A stretch of 64,000 nucleotides of DNA. Origin: Acidimicrobiia bacterium (GTDB taxonomy: Bacteria > Actinomycetota > Acidimicrobiia > Spongiisociales > JAHEDJ01). Below are positions 35,907 to 46,911 of this stretch, piece by piece. The position numbers and the translations under genes were made by a program. Under the pieces are notes generated by a model, which worked only from the letters and a program-made list of their open reading frames with translations, did no database searches and had not been told where the DNA came from. The stretch lies in the NCBI GenBank assembly GCA_029210695.1, contig JARGFH010000002.1, forward strand, positions 1-64,000, in the 5' to 3' direction. How positions within the stretch are numbered: position 1 is the stretch's first letter; every line of letters starts with the position of its first letter.

Positions 35907-37961
35907 TCAGGTGCGAGCGACCTCACGGACTTCGTAGACCTCGATGACATCGCCTTCCTTGATGTCATTGAACGTCTCGAAGCCGATGCCACATTCGTAG
36001 CCGCTCGATACCTGCCGCACATCTTCCTTGAATCGTCGCAGAGAGCCAATGCGTCCATCGTGGACGACGATGCCTCCTCGCAACACTCTTGCCCGGGACC
36101 CGCGAGTGATCTCGCCCTCGGTGATATACGATCCGGCGATGGTCCCCGCCCGTGGCGTCCTGAACAAGGCGCGGACCTCCGCCGAACCGATAACCGCTTC
36201 GACCTCATCAGGAGCGAGCCTCCCGACGAGCATCTGTTCGATCTCATCGAGCATCTCGTAGATCACCCGGTAGGTGCGAATCTCGATGCCCTTGTCCTCT
36301 GCCGCCCGACGGGCTTTGGCATCAGGGCGCACGTTGAATCCGACAATCACCGATTCGGTGACTTCTGCGAGGCTGACATCGTTCTCCGAGATACCGCCGA
36401 CGGCGCCCTGCACCGTGGTGATCTTGCCGCCCTCACGACCGATCTTGGCGATCGACTCACGAATCGCTTCGAGAGATCCATGGGCATCGGCCCTGATGAT
36501 CAACCTGAGGTCGGCCTCGTCCTGGGTCCGGAGTTGCTCCAGCAGTTGGGCGAGACGCTCACGAGCGGTCGGGATGACCATTTCGTCGGCCTTGAGCAGT
36601 TCCGACGACTTCGCAGCCATATTGCGCGCAGTACGTTCGTTCTTGACTGCCTGGAATGCATCGCCGGCAGTCGGAACGTCGGACCAACCCATGACCAGGA
36701 CCGGAGTCGACGGCCCAGCCGCCTCGACCTTCGCACCTGCCTCGTCGAGCATCGACCTCACACGACCCGAAACCGGTCCGGCCACGATGGCATCACCCTG
36801 TCTAAGGGTGCCACGCTGAACGATCACCGTCGCCACCGGTCCGCGACCGATATCGAGCTGGCTCTCGACCACGACACCCTCCCCTGCCGGCTTGGGATTG
36901 CCTTTGAACTCCTCGAGTTGGGCAACTAGGTCGATCATCTCGAGCAGATGCTCGACACCCTCGCCGGTCTTTGCGGAGAGTTCGACTGTGGTGATGTCGC
37001 CACCGAGCTCTTCCGCGACAAGCTCGTACTCGGTCAACTGAGCACGAATATTGGTCGGATCTGCCCCCGGCTTGTCCATCTTGTTGATGGCGATGATGAT
37101 CGGAACGCGAGCCGCCTTGGCATGGCTGATCGCTTCAATGGTCTGGGGCATGACCCCGTCATCTGCGGCCACGATTAGCACGACGATGTCGGTGACCTCG
37201 GCGCCGCGGGCGCGCAGGGCGGTGAAGGCTTCGTGGCCCGGCGTGTCGAGGAAGGTGATCTTGTTGCCGCCGACGTCGACCTGATACGCGCCGATGTGCT
37301 GAGTGATGCCACCGTGCTCACCCTCAACGACGTTGGTGTGGCGGATGTGGTCCAGCAGGGTTGTCTTGCCGTGATCCACGTGACCCATCACCGTGACGAC
37401 CGGCGGTCGCTGCACCAGAGTGGCGGGATCGTCATCGTAGGTTTTCTTCGGCCGGACTCGGGAGCCGGTCTTGGCGGAAGGAGCCGGGCGGGTGATTTCG
37501 ATCGTGAAGTTGAAATGATCCGCGAGCAACTCGAGCGCATCGTCGGGGATAGGTGTGACGGCACCGATCATCTCGCCCATTTGGATGAGCGTCTGGACGA
37601 TCTCAGTCACCGGCCTACTGATAACTGGGGAGAGGCCTTCCGGCGTCACCCCTGATTCAACCGTCACCCCCACCGACTGCTCTGCCTCCGGCTCGTCTTC
37701 GGTCTCCGTCGGCTCGGGCTCCGGCTCCGCAGCGGTCTCAGCCTCCGGCTCCGGTTCCGGCTCCGGAAGCACCTCGGGCTCCGACACCGGTTGGACTTCT
37801 TCCGTAGACGCGTAGGACTGCCGCACCGTGCCGGCATCGACGGGTTCAAGTCCCGAAGAGGCCGTCTTGGCCTCGATGCCTAGTTCATGGACGCGCGCCA
37901 GCACATCCTTCGACTCGAGGCCCAGTTCACGAGCCAGTTCATATACCCGAATCTTCGCCAC
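35907..37961 (-). CDS. infB: Translation initiation factor IF-2
   Basis: [38 protein letters not shown] and GYECG. Confidence 0.98.
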   Translation of the reverse strand: MAKIRVYELARELGLESKDVLARVHELGIEAKTASSGLEPVDAGTVRQSYASTEEVQPVSEPEVLPEPEPEPEAETAAEPEPEPTETEDEPEAEQSVGVTVESGVTPEGLSPVISRPVTEIVQTLIQMGEMIGAVTPIPDDALELLADHFNFTIEITRPAPSAKTGSRVRPKKTYDDDPATLVQRPPVVTVMGHVDHGKTTLLDHIRHTNVVEGEHGGITQHIGAYQVDVGGNKITFLDTPGHEAFTALRARGAEVTDIVVLIVAADDGVMPQTIEAISHAKAARVPIIIAINKMDKPGADPTNIRAQLTEYELVAEELGGDITTVELSAKTGEGVEHLLEMIDLVAQLEEFKGNPKPAGEGVVVESQLDIGRGPVATVIVQRGTLRQGDAIVAGPVSGRVRSMLDEAGAKVEAAGPSTPVLVMGWSDVPTAGDAFQAVKNERTARNMAAKSSELLKADEMVIPTARERLAQLLEQLRTQDEADLRLIIRADAHGSLEAIRESIAKIGREGGKITTVQGAVGGISENDVSLAEVTESVIVGFNVRPDAKARRAAEDKGIEIRTYRVIYEMLDEIEQMLVGRLAPDEVEAVIGSAEVRALFRTPRAGTIAGSYITEGEITRGSRARVLRGGIVVHDGRIGSLRRFKEDVRQVSSGYECGIGFETFNDIKEGDVIEVYEVREVART

Positions 37962-37973
37962 TATCTCTCCGCG

Positions 37974-39242
37974 CTATTCGTCTTCGGTGGGAGTGTCGCC
38001 GTCTTGTGCGATCTCGCCAAACTCATCGCCCTCACCGGGTTCTTCCGGGGTTTCTTCTTCAACGCTCTCCTCGTCGGAGATGGCCTCCACGTCCGCCGCT
38101 TCGACCACCGGGGCAACGTCCGCCGCCGGTTCGTCGCCGGCGTCCAACTCTGCAGATTCGGCAGATTCGGCAGATTCGATCGGTTCCTCTATAGGATCCG
38201 GTCCGCTCGCATCGGCGACTTCGGTGGGGATGATCGCCGCCTCCGCCACAGCCAGGTCGGCAACCTTGCCCGCCTCTTCGAGGTCGGAACGGATATCGAC
38301 CCGATAGCCGGACAAACGGGCGGCGAGACGAGCGTTCTGACCCTCTTTTCCAATCGCCAGCGACAGCTGGTGATCACTCACGATCACAACGGCCGTCTCG
38401 GTCTCCTCGTCGATACGTACTTCCTGAACCTTGGCCGGACCAAGCGCCTCGGCGATGAACTGGGCCTTATCCTCTCGCCACTCCACGACGTCGACCTTCT
38501 CGCCCCTCAATTCGTTGACGACCTGCCGAACCCGCGCTCCGCGAGCGCCCACACAGGCGCCCTTGGGATCGACGTTTGGATCGTTCGACGAAACCGCGAT
38601 CTTCGTCCGGTTGCCCGGCTCACGGGCGATAGCCTTGATCTCGATAGTTCCGTCGAGCAATTCGGGGACCTCGAGTTCCAGCAGCCGGCGGACGAAATCC
38701 GGGTGGCTGCGGCTAACGACGATCTGCGGACCCTTTGCCTCATTCCGCACTTCAAGCACGAAGGCCTTGACCCTGTTGCCGCGCTCCAACCGCTCATACG
38801 GCATCCGTTCGGAGCCGGGAAGCAATGCCTCGGCATCGCCGAGATCCAGAATCGAATAGCGGTAGTCGACCTGTTGGATGATGCCCGTCACTAGGTCGCC
38901 TTCGCGGCCCTCATAGACGTCGTACACCTGATCACGCTTGGCCTCACGCAGACGCTGGGCGATGACCTGCTTGGCAGTCTGTGCGGCAATACGACCGAAA
39001 TCTTCTGGAGTATCTTCCCACTCCTTGGTTACGTTGCCGTCTTCATCGAGTTCCTGGGCATAGACGACGATGTCGCCACTTCCCGAGTCGATCACCACGC
39101 GAGCCTCTTCGGCCGCTCCCGGGCTCCGTTTGTAAGCCGATACGAGCGCGTTGGCCAGGGCGTCGAGGATGGTGTCGACAGGAACGCCGCGCTCACGCTC
39201 GAGCAGTTCGAGCGCTTCCATCACCTGTTCGTCGATCTTCAT
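37974..39242 (-). CDS. nusA: Transcription factor NusA with an acidic tail
   Basis: FGRIAAQTAKQVI, AREPG.RTKIAV and LSLAIGKEGQNARLAA. Confidence 0.98.
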   Translation of the reverse strand: MKIDEQVMEALELLERERGVPVDTILDALANALVSAYKRSPGAAEEARVVIDSGSGDIVVYAQELDEDGNVTKEWEDTPEDFGRIAAQTAKQVIAQRLREAKRDQVYDVYEGREGDLVTGIIQQVDYRYSILDLGDAEALLPGSERMPYERLERGNRVKAFVLEVRNEAKGPQIVVSRSHPDFVRRLLELEVPELLDGTIEIKAIAREPGNRTKIAVSSNDPNVDPKGACVGARGARVRQVVNELRGEKVDVVEWREDKAQFIAEALGPAKVQEVRIDEETETAVVIVSDHQLSLAIGKEGQNARLAARLSGYRVDIRSDLEEAGKVADLAVAEAAIIPTEVADASGPDPIEEPIESAESAESAELDAGDEPAADVAPVVEAADVEAISDEESVEEETPEEPGEGDEFGEIAQDGDTPTEDE

Positions 39243-39246
39243 ACCA

Positions 39247-39738
39247 TCAACTCCTCGTGGCCTTCTTCCCGGGCTTCGGCTTCCGCTCCCAGCGGAACAC
39301 CGTTCGTGCCGACCTCACCTGCTCGAATTCGATCCGCCGGTTTTCGCCGTCGACATCCATCACCATGCCGTTGTCGTCCGACTCGACGAGGAAGCCGGCG
39401 TGGTTCCGTTCGCCGCCGATCTCGATGCGAGTCCTGACCGCGACTTCTTTTCCGATCGACTTGGCGAAGTGCGCCGGGCGACGGAGCTTTCGCTCGAGTC
39501 CCGGCGATGTCACCTCGAGGGTGTACGACCCATCGAGGTCGGACTCGTGGTCGAGCAACCGCGAGATCCCTCTTGAGAGTTCGGCGAGATGATCCACGCC
39601 GACATCCGGACCGTCGATAACGACGCGCAGAATTCGGCCCCGCTCTTGACCCAGCATCTCTAGATCATCGAGTTCGAGGCGTTCCGCTCCTAGATAATCG
39701 CCGATGAGCTTTTCCAAGCTCGCGGATACGTCGTTCAC
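39247..39738 (-). CDS. rimP: Ribosome maturation factor RimP
   Basis: YTLEVTSPGLER.L; lies upstream of nusA. Confidence 0.95.
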   Translation of the reverse strand: MNDVSASLEKLIGDYLGAERLELDDLEMLGQERGRILRVVIDGPDVGVDHLAELSRGISRLLDHESDLDGSYTLEVTSPGLERKLRRPAHFAKSIGKEVAVRTRIEIGGERNHAGFLVESDDNGMVMDVDGENRRIEFEQVRSARTVFRWERKPKPGKKATRS

Positions 39739-39753
39739 CTAAATCTCCACACA

Positions 39754-39782
39754 CAAAGAAAGCGGGCACGGCCGCCCACTTC
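39754..39782 (-). promoter_or_regulatory. Terminator-like hairpin in the rimP leader
   Basis: Minus strand GAAGTGGGC-GGCCGT-GCCCGCTTTCTTT, just upstream of the rimP RBS. Confidence 0.55.
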
Positions 39783-39865
39783 CGCAGTAGCGTCCTCATT
39801 TGTCCCACTAAGTATAACCCGACACGCGACGGCACCCGGCGCCACGTGTACGCCGAAAACCGCTG

Positions 39866-41569
39866 CTACTGCGCGATCAGTCGAATCACATGGGAAATCG
39901 CGTCCCCGACCGCGACTTCTTCGGCTGTGCCGCCGGCCCGGTCCTGGATTTCCACGATGCCGTTTTCGAGGCCGCGGGGACCCACGGTCACCCGGTACGG
40001 GATGCCGATCAGTTCCGCGTCGGCAAATTTCACGCCTGGACGTTCTACCCGATCGTCCAGAATCGTGTCGATACCGGCCTCCTGGTAGTCCCGGTAGAGG
40101 CGTTCGCCTGCTTCGAGCACCTCGGCGACGTCGGCGCGCAGGACAGTAATGACCACGACGTACGGAGCGATGGCAACCGGCCAGACGATTCCCTTCTCGT
40201 CGTGGTGAGTTTCGACGACGGCGGCGATATTCCGCTCGAGACCGATCCCGTAGGAGCCCATGATCACGGTCTTCGCCGCTCCCTCTTCATCGAGAACCGA
40301 AACACCGAAAGCCTCCGCATACTTGGTCCCCAACTTGAAGATGTGGCCTACTTCGATCGCTTTGAAGACTTCCAGGGGCTCGCCACAAGTGACACAGGCC
40401 TCCCCGTCCGTGATCTCGCGCATATCCATCCAGGTGGTGACCTCGATGTCGCGTTCGACATCGACTCCCCGCAGGTGGAACTCGTCTTGATTGGCTCCCG
40501 TGACCATGTTGAAGCGGCCGGCGAGGGCTTGATCGGCCAGGATCGGGATTCCCTTGACTCCCACTGCCCCGAGGCTTCCCGGGTTGGCACCAAGGGCGGC
40601 CTGGATCTCCTCGGGATGGGCAGGTCGGATGTCGATCGCACCCGTGCCATCTTGCAGCTTCTGTTCGACCAATGCATGGTCGCCTCGCAGCAAGACGAGC
40701 GTAGGTTCACCGCCGATCATGTAGACGAGCGACTTGACCTGGGACTCCTTTGCCGCACCGCCCTCGAACGTGGCCAGGTCGAGAATCGTGCGAACCCCGG
40801 GCGTTGCGAACCTCTCAACCTCGGCATGGACCGCGCCGTCTTCGATTGCGTCGATTCTGGACGTTGCCCGTTCCATGTTGGCGGCATATCCGCAGGCGCC
40901 GCAGAAGACGACATCGTCTTCGCCGGATTTGCTCCGCACCATGAACTCGATCGAGTCGCTCCCTCCCATGGCTCCGGAGGAAGCCTCCACCGGCACGGCA
41001 TCGAGGCCGAGACGAGCGAAGATACGCTCATATGCCTCGAAGTGGCGATCGAATGAAGCATCGAGGCCGGCCGATTCCATATCGAACGAGTAGGAGTCCT
41101 TCATCGTGAACTCACGGGTACGGAGCACGCCGCCCTTGGGCCGGGGTTCGTCACGGAACTTCGTTTGTATCTGATACCAGAACTGAGGTAGGTCCCGATA
41201 GCTCCGCAACTCGAGTGCCAGAGTGCTGAAGATCTCCTCATGGGTCATTCCGAGAGCGAGATCAGCGCCTTTGCGGTCTCGCAGTCTGAACATCTCATCG
41301 CCCATGATCTCCCAGCGGCCGCTCTTCTGCCAGATCTCGGCAGGATGCACGGCCGGTAGGAGGAACTCCTGACCGCCGATCCGATCCATCTCTTCACGGA
41401 TCACCGCCGCCACCTTCGCACGAACCCGAATCATCAACGGCAGCAGTGAGTACGCCCCCGCCATCAGTTGGCGCAGGTATCCGCCGCGGACCAGAAGGCG
41501 ATGACTGATTGCTTCTGCGTCTGTGGGATCGTCACGAAGGGTGGGAATGAAGGCTTGCGACCAGCGCAT
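39866..41569 (-). CDS. proS: Proline--tRNA ligase
   Basis: KFRDEPRP, REFTMKDSYSF, an editing-domain insertion, IEVGHIFKLG and MGSYGIG. Confidence 0.97.
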   Translation of the reverse strand: MRWSQAFIPTLRDDPTDAEAISHRLLVRGGYLRQLMAGAYSLLPLMIRVRAKVAAVIREEMDRIGGQEFLLPAVHPAEIWQKSGRWEIMGDEMFRLRDRKGADLALGMTHEEIFSTLALELRSYRDLPQFWYQIQTKFRDEPRPKGGVLRTREFTMKDSYSFDMESAGLDASFDRHFEAYERIFARLGLDAVPVEASSGAMGGSDSIEFMVRSKSGEDDVVFCGACGYAANMERATSRIDAIEDGAVHAEVERFATPGVRTILDLATFEGGAAKESQVKSLVYMIGGEPTLVLLRGDHALVEQKLQDGTGAIDIRPAHPEEIQAALGANPGSLGAVGVKGIPILADQALAGRFNMVTGANQDEFHLRGVDVERDIEVTTWMDMREITDGEACVTCGEPLEVFKAIEVGHIFKLGTKYAEAFGVSVLDEEGAAKTVIMGSYGIGLERNIAAVVETHHDEKGIVWPVAIAPYVVVITVLRADVAEVLEAGERLYRDYQEAGIDTILDDRVERPGVKFADAELIGIPYRVTVGPRGLENGIVEIQDRAGGTAEEVAVGDAISHVIRLIAQ

Positions 41570-41633
41570 ATCTCTCTCGAGTTGGGATATGGGAGGTTAG
41601 TCACCCGGCCGGGAGGGCAAGGGACAATAGGCT

Positions 41634-42845
41634 TCAAGGGCTGCTTTTCGCGACCTCCGCGACTCGAGCCCGGCGCTCCTCGGTGTGGTTCGCATCACCC
41701 TGGATCTGGAGTATCTCCTCGGCCGCCTCGGCAGCAAGTTGCTCTGCGACTCCGTCGGCCGCGGCAAGACGGGCCTCCACCCCCTCTTCAACGAGCTTCC
41801 GCGCCTCGTCGAGCAAGGCGTCGACCATCTCCGCCTCCGGGACCACCCGCACCACGTTTCCCTTGATGAACAGATGTCCTTTGCCACGCCCCGCCGCGAT
41901 ACCGATATCGGCCTCTCTCGCTTCGCCGGGTCCGTTGACCACGCAGCCCATCACCGCTACCTGGATGGGCAGATCGGCCTCTTCGAGTCGTCGTTGGGCT
42001 TCCTTGACCACCTCGATGACATCGACCTCAGCCCGGCCGCATGATGGGCAGGCGATGAGGTCCAATCCGGCCCGCTCACGCAGGCCGAGATACTCGAGCA
42101 ACTGCCTGCCCGCCTTCGCCTCCTCAACCGGGTCGGCCGTGAGCGAGAAGCGGATCGTGTCGCCGATCCCTTCGAGCAGCAAAGTGGCGATTCCGGCGAC
42201 GGACTTGATGAGACCCCCGGGCGGCGGTCCTGCTTCGGTAACACCGAGATGGAGGGGGTATTCGACTTTCTCGCTGAGCAGTCGGTACGACTCGACCATC
42301 GACGGCACGTGGGAGTGCTTCACCGAGATCTTGATGTCGTAGAAACCGACATCTTCCAGGTAATGGATCTCAGTTTCGGCGGATTCGACGAGGGCCGCCG
42401 GGACTGCCGACCCGTACTTAGCCAGCAGGTCTTTGTCGAGTGAACCCCCGTTGACGCCCATACGAATCGGCACTCCACGCTCCCCCGCCGCCCTGGCGAC
42501 TTCTTTGATGTGCGCTTCGTTTCGGATATTGCCGGGATTCAGCCGAAGTGCGTGCACGCCGGCTTCCAAAGCAGCAAGCGCCAGCTTGTACTGGAAATGG
42601 ACGTCGGCGACGATCGGGACCGGGGAACGAGGCACGATCTCCGCCAGTCCCTGCGCAGCGTCGACGTCGTTGCAGGTGATGCGCACGATATCCGCACCAG
42701 CGCCCGTCAGTGCATATACCTGAGCGAGCGTGCCGTCGACGTCCGCGGTCTTGGTGGTGGTCATCGATTGCACCGTCACCGGTGCTCCTCCCCCAACCGG
42801 GACGGAACCGACCTGAATCTGGCGAGTCGGGCGTCGCTCGATCAT
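41634..42845 (-). CDS. ispG: HMB-PP synthase
   Basis: VQSMTTT.T, RLNPGNI, YPLHLGVTEAG, ACPSCGR and MGCVVNGPGEA. Confidence 0.97.
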   Translation of the reverse strand: MIERRPTRQIQVGSVPVGGGAPVTVQSMTTTKTADVDGTLAQVYALTGAGADIVRITCNDVDAAQGLAEIVPRSPVPIVADVHFQYKLALAALEAGVHALRLNPGNIRNEAHIKEVARAAGERGVPIRMGVNGGSLDKDLLAKYGSAVPAALVESAETEIHYLEDVGFYDIKISVKHSHVPSMVESYRLLSEKVEYPLHLGVTEAGPPPGGLIKSVAGIATLLLEGIGDTIRFSLTADPVEEAKAGRQLLEYLGLRERAGLDLIACPSCGRAEVDVIEVVKEAQRRLEEADLPIQVAVMGCVVNGPGEAREADIGIAAGRGKGHLFIKGNVVRVVPEAEMVDALLDEARKLVEEGVEARLAAADGVAEQLAAEAAEEILQIQGDANHTEERRARVAEVAKSSP

Positions 42846-43954
42846 CAGAACCGAATGGGTTGGACGATATCGAGGAGGATGCTGACAAACCCGATGAACA
42901 CCATCAGCAGGATCACTGTGGCCGCGACCGGGATCAACTTGCGAATGTCTGCTTGCTTGTGCGTGATCTTCTCGTACAGGGCGATGGCGAAGTGCCCGCC
43001 GTCCAGCGGAAGGAGCGGCAGCACATTGAATGCTCCCAGGATGATGTTGAACACGGCCAGGAAGGCGATGAGTGTGCTCGCTCCCAGGACGTCGACCTGG
43101 GAGCCCACCTGAGCAACGCCGATCAGGCTGACGGGGCGGATCTCGTCGGGAACGGGCTCACCGAAGATGCCCTGGACGAGTTGAGCGATCGAAGTCGGCT
43201 TGAAAACGTTCCAGAGGGTCTTGTAGGCCTCGCCGGTGATATCGATGACCTCTCGACCGGCCAGACCTGCTGCCGAGAAGAACCCGACGTCGACCCGCTC
43301 GATGACCGGAGCGACGCCGAGATATCCGCTCGGCTCTGATCCACCCGTGTCGATCGACGCGAGTGTGGCCGTCAAGGTCTTCTGCAGGCCGTCCCGCAGA
43401 ATTACGATATCGACCTGCTCGCCGGGCCGATCGGCAATCACCGCGGAGACCTCGTCCCACGACTCGACTGTCTCGCCGTCGATCGAGACGAACTCATCGC
43501 CGGACTCGAGTCCAATCAATGCGGCGGGGGCAATCTCATTGCTTCCCGCGATCTCAGCCCGGACCTCTTCGACTACAGGTTGAATCTCGACTCTGCCGTT
43601 GACCGCCAGCAGGCCGAAAAAGATCAGATAGGCAATCACAAAGTTGGCGGCAATCCCGGATAGGACGACGACGCTCTTCTTCCAGAACTCCTTCTCGCGG
43701 TAGGTGCGTCCCATGTCTTCGGGATCCACGTCTTCCAGGACGCTCATGCCGACGATGCGTACGTAACCTCCGGCCGGGATGGCTTTCACGCCATATTCGG
43801 TTTCGCCCCTCTGGACCGACCAGATCCGCGGTCCGAAGCCGACGAAGAACTCGCTCACCTTGATCCCGAGCGCCTTGGCCGCGAAGAAGTGGCCCGCCTC
43901 ATGGGCGAGAATGAAGACCACGAACGCGGCCAGCATCGATACGGCACCGGTCAT
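42845..43954 (-). CDS. M50 (RseP/Rip1-like) intramembrane metalloprotease with a PDZ domain
   Basis: HEAGH, GFGP, P.GGYVRI.GM and FNVLPLLPLDGGH. Confidence 0.93.
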   Translation of the reverse strand: MTGAVSMLAAFVVFILAHEAGHFFAAKALGIKVSEFFVGFGPRIWSVQRGETEYGVKAIPAGGYVRIVGMSVLEDVDPEDMGRTYREKEFWKKSVVVLSGIAANFVIAYLIFFGLLAVNGRVEIQPVVEEVRAEIAGSNEIAPAALIGLESGDEFVSIDGETVESWDEVSAVIADRPGEQVDIVILRDGLQKTLTATLASIDTGGSEPSGYLGVAPVIERVDVGFFSAAGLAGREVIDITGEAYKTLWNVFKPTSIAQLVQGIFGEPVPDEIRPVSLIGVAQVGSQVDVLGASTLIAFLAVFNIILGAFNVLPLLPLDGGHFAIALYEKITHKQADIRKLIPVAATVILLMVFIGFVSILLDIVQPIRF

Positions 43955-44066
43955 TTCGACTCCCTGATGTCAACCACCACGGTACCCCAGCGGGGGGTTA
44001 ATATTTTTCTCAGCAATGCAGTGGCGCGTGACAATGCACAGTATTGCGGAGAAAACGGATGAACGA

Positions 44067-45212
44067 TCAACACGAGCCTCCAAGGAGGCTGTGGGCAACC
44101 GCTCTCGCTTCCCGATCTACCTCGAGAACGTCGTCGACCGTCACGAGGTCCACCACCGGGACCTGTTCGAGCGTGCGCTCCACCACCTCCGGGATACCCA
44201 TGAACCCGAGCCGGCCATCCAGGAAGGCGTGGACGGCGACTTCATCTGCTGCATTCAATACCGCCGGAGCCGAACGTCCGATCCGCCCGGCTGCGTATGC
44301 GAGATCGAGCGCCGGGAAGGACCGGCGATCCGGAGGGTCAAACGTGAGCGAGCGTCCCGAGAAGTCGAACGCCTCCAGCCCTCCCACAGCACGATCCGGG
44401 TAGGTGATGGCATATTGGATCGGCACCCGCATGTCGGGCTCCCCGACATGCGCCTTGAGCGAGCCGTCCACGAACTCAACGAGTGAATGCACGATGCTCT
44501 GCGGATGCACAACAACCTCGATCCGGTCATAGGGCATGTCGAAGAGGTAGTGGGCCTCGATTACCTCCAAACCTTTGTTGAACAGCGTCGCCGAATCGAC
44601 CGTGATCCGCTTCCCCATCTTCCAAGTCGGATGGGCGAGGGCCTGTGCCGGCGTGACCTTTTCGAGGTCATCGATCGAATATCCACGGAACGGGCCCCCG
44701 GAGGCGGTGAGTACCAGCCGCCGCACTGCTGTGATCTGCTCGCCGACGAGGCACTGAAACAGAGCAGAATGCTCCGAGTCCACGGGCAACAAGCTCCCTC
44801 CACCGCGTTGGAGCGCCCGCAAGACAACGGGGCCACCGGCCACCAGGCTCTCCTTGTTGGCCAGCGCCAGACGGTTGCCTGCCTCGAGCGCGGCGATCGA
44901 GGCCCGCAACCCGGCGGCTCCAACAACGCCGTTGACAACCGTCACGCCCTGACGGGACGCCAATGCCTCAAGAGCCTCCGACCCGACTTCCAGCCGGTCT
45001 CCCAGCAAGCCTGACAGGCGCTCGCGCTCTTCTCCGGTCGGCGCGGTCGCCACAATCCGTGCGTCAGGCCAATCGCCGGCCAGTGCTGCCAGATCGTCGG
45101 ACCCACGTCGGGCGGCAATGCCCTGGACGTCGATACCGAGACGGGAAGCCACATCGAGTGTTTGGCGCCCGATCGACCCGGTCGCGCCGAGGACGACGAG
45201 CGGTGGATTCAC
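44067..45212 (-). CDS. dxr: DXP reductoisomerase
   Basis: LGATGSIG.QTL, LANKESLV, PVDSEH and HPTWKMG. Confidence 0.97.
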   Translation of the reverse strand: MNPPLVVLGATGSIGRQTLDVASRLGIDVQGIAARRGSDDLAALAGDWPDARIVATAPTGEERERLSGLLGDRLEVGSEALEALASRQGVTVVNGVVGAAGLRASIAALEAGNRLALANKESLVAGGPVVLRALQRGGGSLLPVDSEHSALFQCLVGEQITAVRRLVLTASGGPFRGYSIDDLEKVTPAQALAHPTWKMGKRITVDSATLFNKGLEVIEAHYLFDMPYDRIEVVVHPQSIVHSLVEFVDGSLKAHVGEPDMRVPIQYAITYPDRAVGGLEAFDFSGRSLTFDPPDRRSFPALDLAYAAGRIGRSAPAVLNAADEVAVHAFLDGRLGFMGIPEVVERTLEQVPVVDLVTVDDVLEVDREARAVAHSLLGGSC

Positions 45213-46354
45213 GCCAGAAGTCCGGCCAATCGAAAGAAGAAGTAGGCGACCGGAATAGTGAACAGGAACCCGTCCACCCGATCGAGGACTCCACCGTGAC
45301 CGGGAAGGATCGCCCCCATGTCCTTGATGCCGAGGGAGCGCTTGATGAGCGACTCGGCGAGGTCCCCCACCGGGCCGAATACCGCGACGACAGCCGCCAG
45401 TCCCAACCCAGCTTTCCAGTCGAGTGGCTCAAACCACGGGATGAAGGTGAGAAGCACGGTCACCGCAGTCGCAAGCAGGATTCCTCCGAGCAGACCTTCA
45501 ACCGTCTTATTCGGCGAGAGTTGAGGTGACAATCTGCGACGCCCCCAGCGCTTGCCTGCGAAGAACGAACCAATGTCCAGGATGCCGGTGGCGACTACGA
45601 CTGCGATGATCAACGGCCGGTGATCTGCATGGCGGGCGATGGGCGCCGCGAACGAGAACATGACCGGGATCCACAGCACGCCGAGCATGGTGATCGCGGC
45701 ATTTCCGAGTGGATTCTTGCGCACCAGCAGCGAGTACCACAGCAAGATGGCGACGGCGGTGCCGGCGGTGAACCCTGCGGCAGCAATCGGACCGGCCACC
45801 CACGCTCCCACCAGGGCTCCGACAGCACCGACGATCCCGAAGAGGGACAATGGGGCGAACCCAACCCGGCGCATCGCCGTGTAGAACTCGATGAGTCCGA
45901 TGATCGAAAGCGCTCCCACCAGGAGCATCAACCAACCGCCACCTGCAAACAGCGAAGCGATGACGGCGACCGCCAGAACCAGACCGGTGATGACCCTGCT
46001 CGGAAGATCTGACGGAGTTTGATCCGGAAGGTCTGTTGGTTCGATCTCGCCGGTCACGTCCTCGAAACCGACCATTCCGGTCTCGAGGCCAGGCATGCTC
46101 GCCGATACGGCAGCAAGCTGATGGTCTTCGCGTTCTGCTTCGGAGATTGCCTCCGCCAGACCCTGGTATTCCCGGGTGGTGGCTGCGATGTAGTCCTCAT
46201 GAGTGAAGTCGTCGAGGGCCGACGAGCCGTTGGTCAACGAATCCAGGTCGTCTCGCTCATCTGGCACTTCGTCCTCGTGCTGCATTCGATCCGTCGGGAA
46301 GGGGAGGACGTCGCCACCCTCATCGTCCCGATCGGTGTCATCAGAATCACTCAA
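45209..46354 (-). CDS. cdsA: Phosphatidate cytidylyltransferase with an acidic N-terminal extension
   Basis: SPNKTVEG and GDLAESLIKR..GIKD.G..LPGHGGVLDR.D. Confidence 0.93.
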   Translation of the reverse strand: MSDSDDTDRDDEGGDVLPFPTDRMQHEDEVPDERDDLDSLTNGSSALDDFTHEDYIAATTREYQGLAEAISEAEREDHQLAAVSASMPGLETGMVGFEDVTGEIEPTDLPDQTPSDLPSRVITGLVLAVAVIASLFAGGGWLMLLVGALSIIGLIEFYTAMRRVGFAPLSLFGIVGAVGALVGAWVAGPIAAAGFTAGTAVAILLWYSLLVRKNPLGNAAITMLGVLWIPVMFSFAAPIARHADHRPLIIAVVVATGILDIGSFFAGKRWGRRRLSPQLSPNKTVEGLLGGILLATAVTVLLTFIPWFEPLDWKAGLGLAAVVAVFGPVGDLAESLIKRSLGIKDMGAILPGHGGVLDRVDGFLFTIPVAYFFFRLAGLLA

Positions 46355-46902
46355 ACTTCGAGCAGCTCCTGCTCCTTGTGCTCCGTGAGTTCGTCGATCC
46401 GCCTGGTGTGCTGATCGGTGAGTTCCTGGAGTTCCTTCTCGCCCCGGCGAATGTCATCTTCCGACACCTCGCCCTCCAAAGCCTCGATGTCGTCTTTGGT
46501 GTGGCGTCGGATTTGACGGATGGCCACCCGGCCGTCCTCCGCCATGTGCTTCACCACCCGGATGAGATCCCTTCGGCGCTCTTCGGTCAGAGGGGGAAAG
46601 GCCAGCCTGATCACATTTCCGTCATTTGAAGGGTTCAACCCGAGATCGGAAGCTTGGATCGCCTTCTCGATGTTGTGGAGTGCGCTCTTGTCGAAGAGTT
46701 GCAGCACCAGCAATCGTGGCTCCGGAACGGAGAACGACGCGAGTTGCTGGAGCGGCGTCGGTGTTCCGTAGTAATCCACCATGACCTTGTGAAGTATGCC
46801 GGGGTTCGCACGTCCGGTCCGAACCGTGCCGAACTCGCCGAGCGTGTGCTCAACCGCCTGATCCATCCGCCGATCGGCGTCGGACAGCAATTCCCGGATC
46901 AT
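46351..46902 (-). CDS. frr: Ribosome recycling factor
   Basis: RTGRANP, YYG..TPL, LNP.NDG and PPLTEERR. Confidence 0.97.
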   Translation of the reverse strand: MIRELLSDADRRMDQAVEHTLGEFGTVRTGRANPGILHKVMVDYYGTPTPLQQLASFSVPEPRLLVLQLFDKSALHNIEKAIQASDLGLNPSNDGNVIRLAFPPLTEERRRDLIRVVKHMAEDGRVAIRQIRRHTKDDIEALEGEVSEDDIRRGEKELQELTDQHTRRIDELTEHKEQELLEV

Positions 46903-46911
46903 TCAGCCTCC

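Noticed and set aside
38152..38178. 9-nt GCAGATTCG tandem repeat
   Set aside because: In-frame ESA repeats in the acidic NusA tail; ordinary low complexity.
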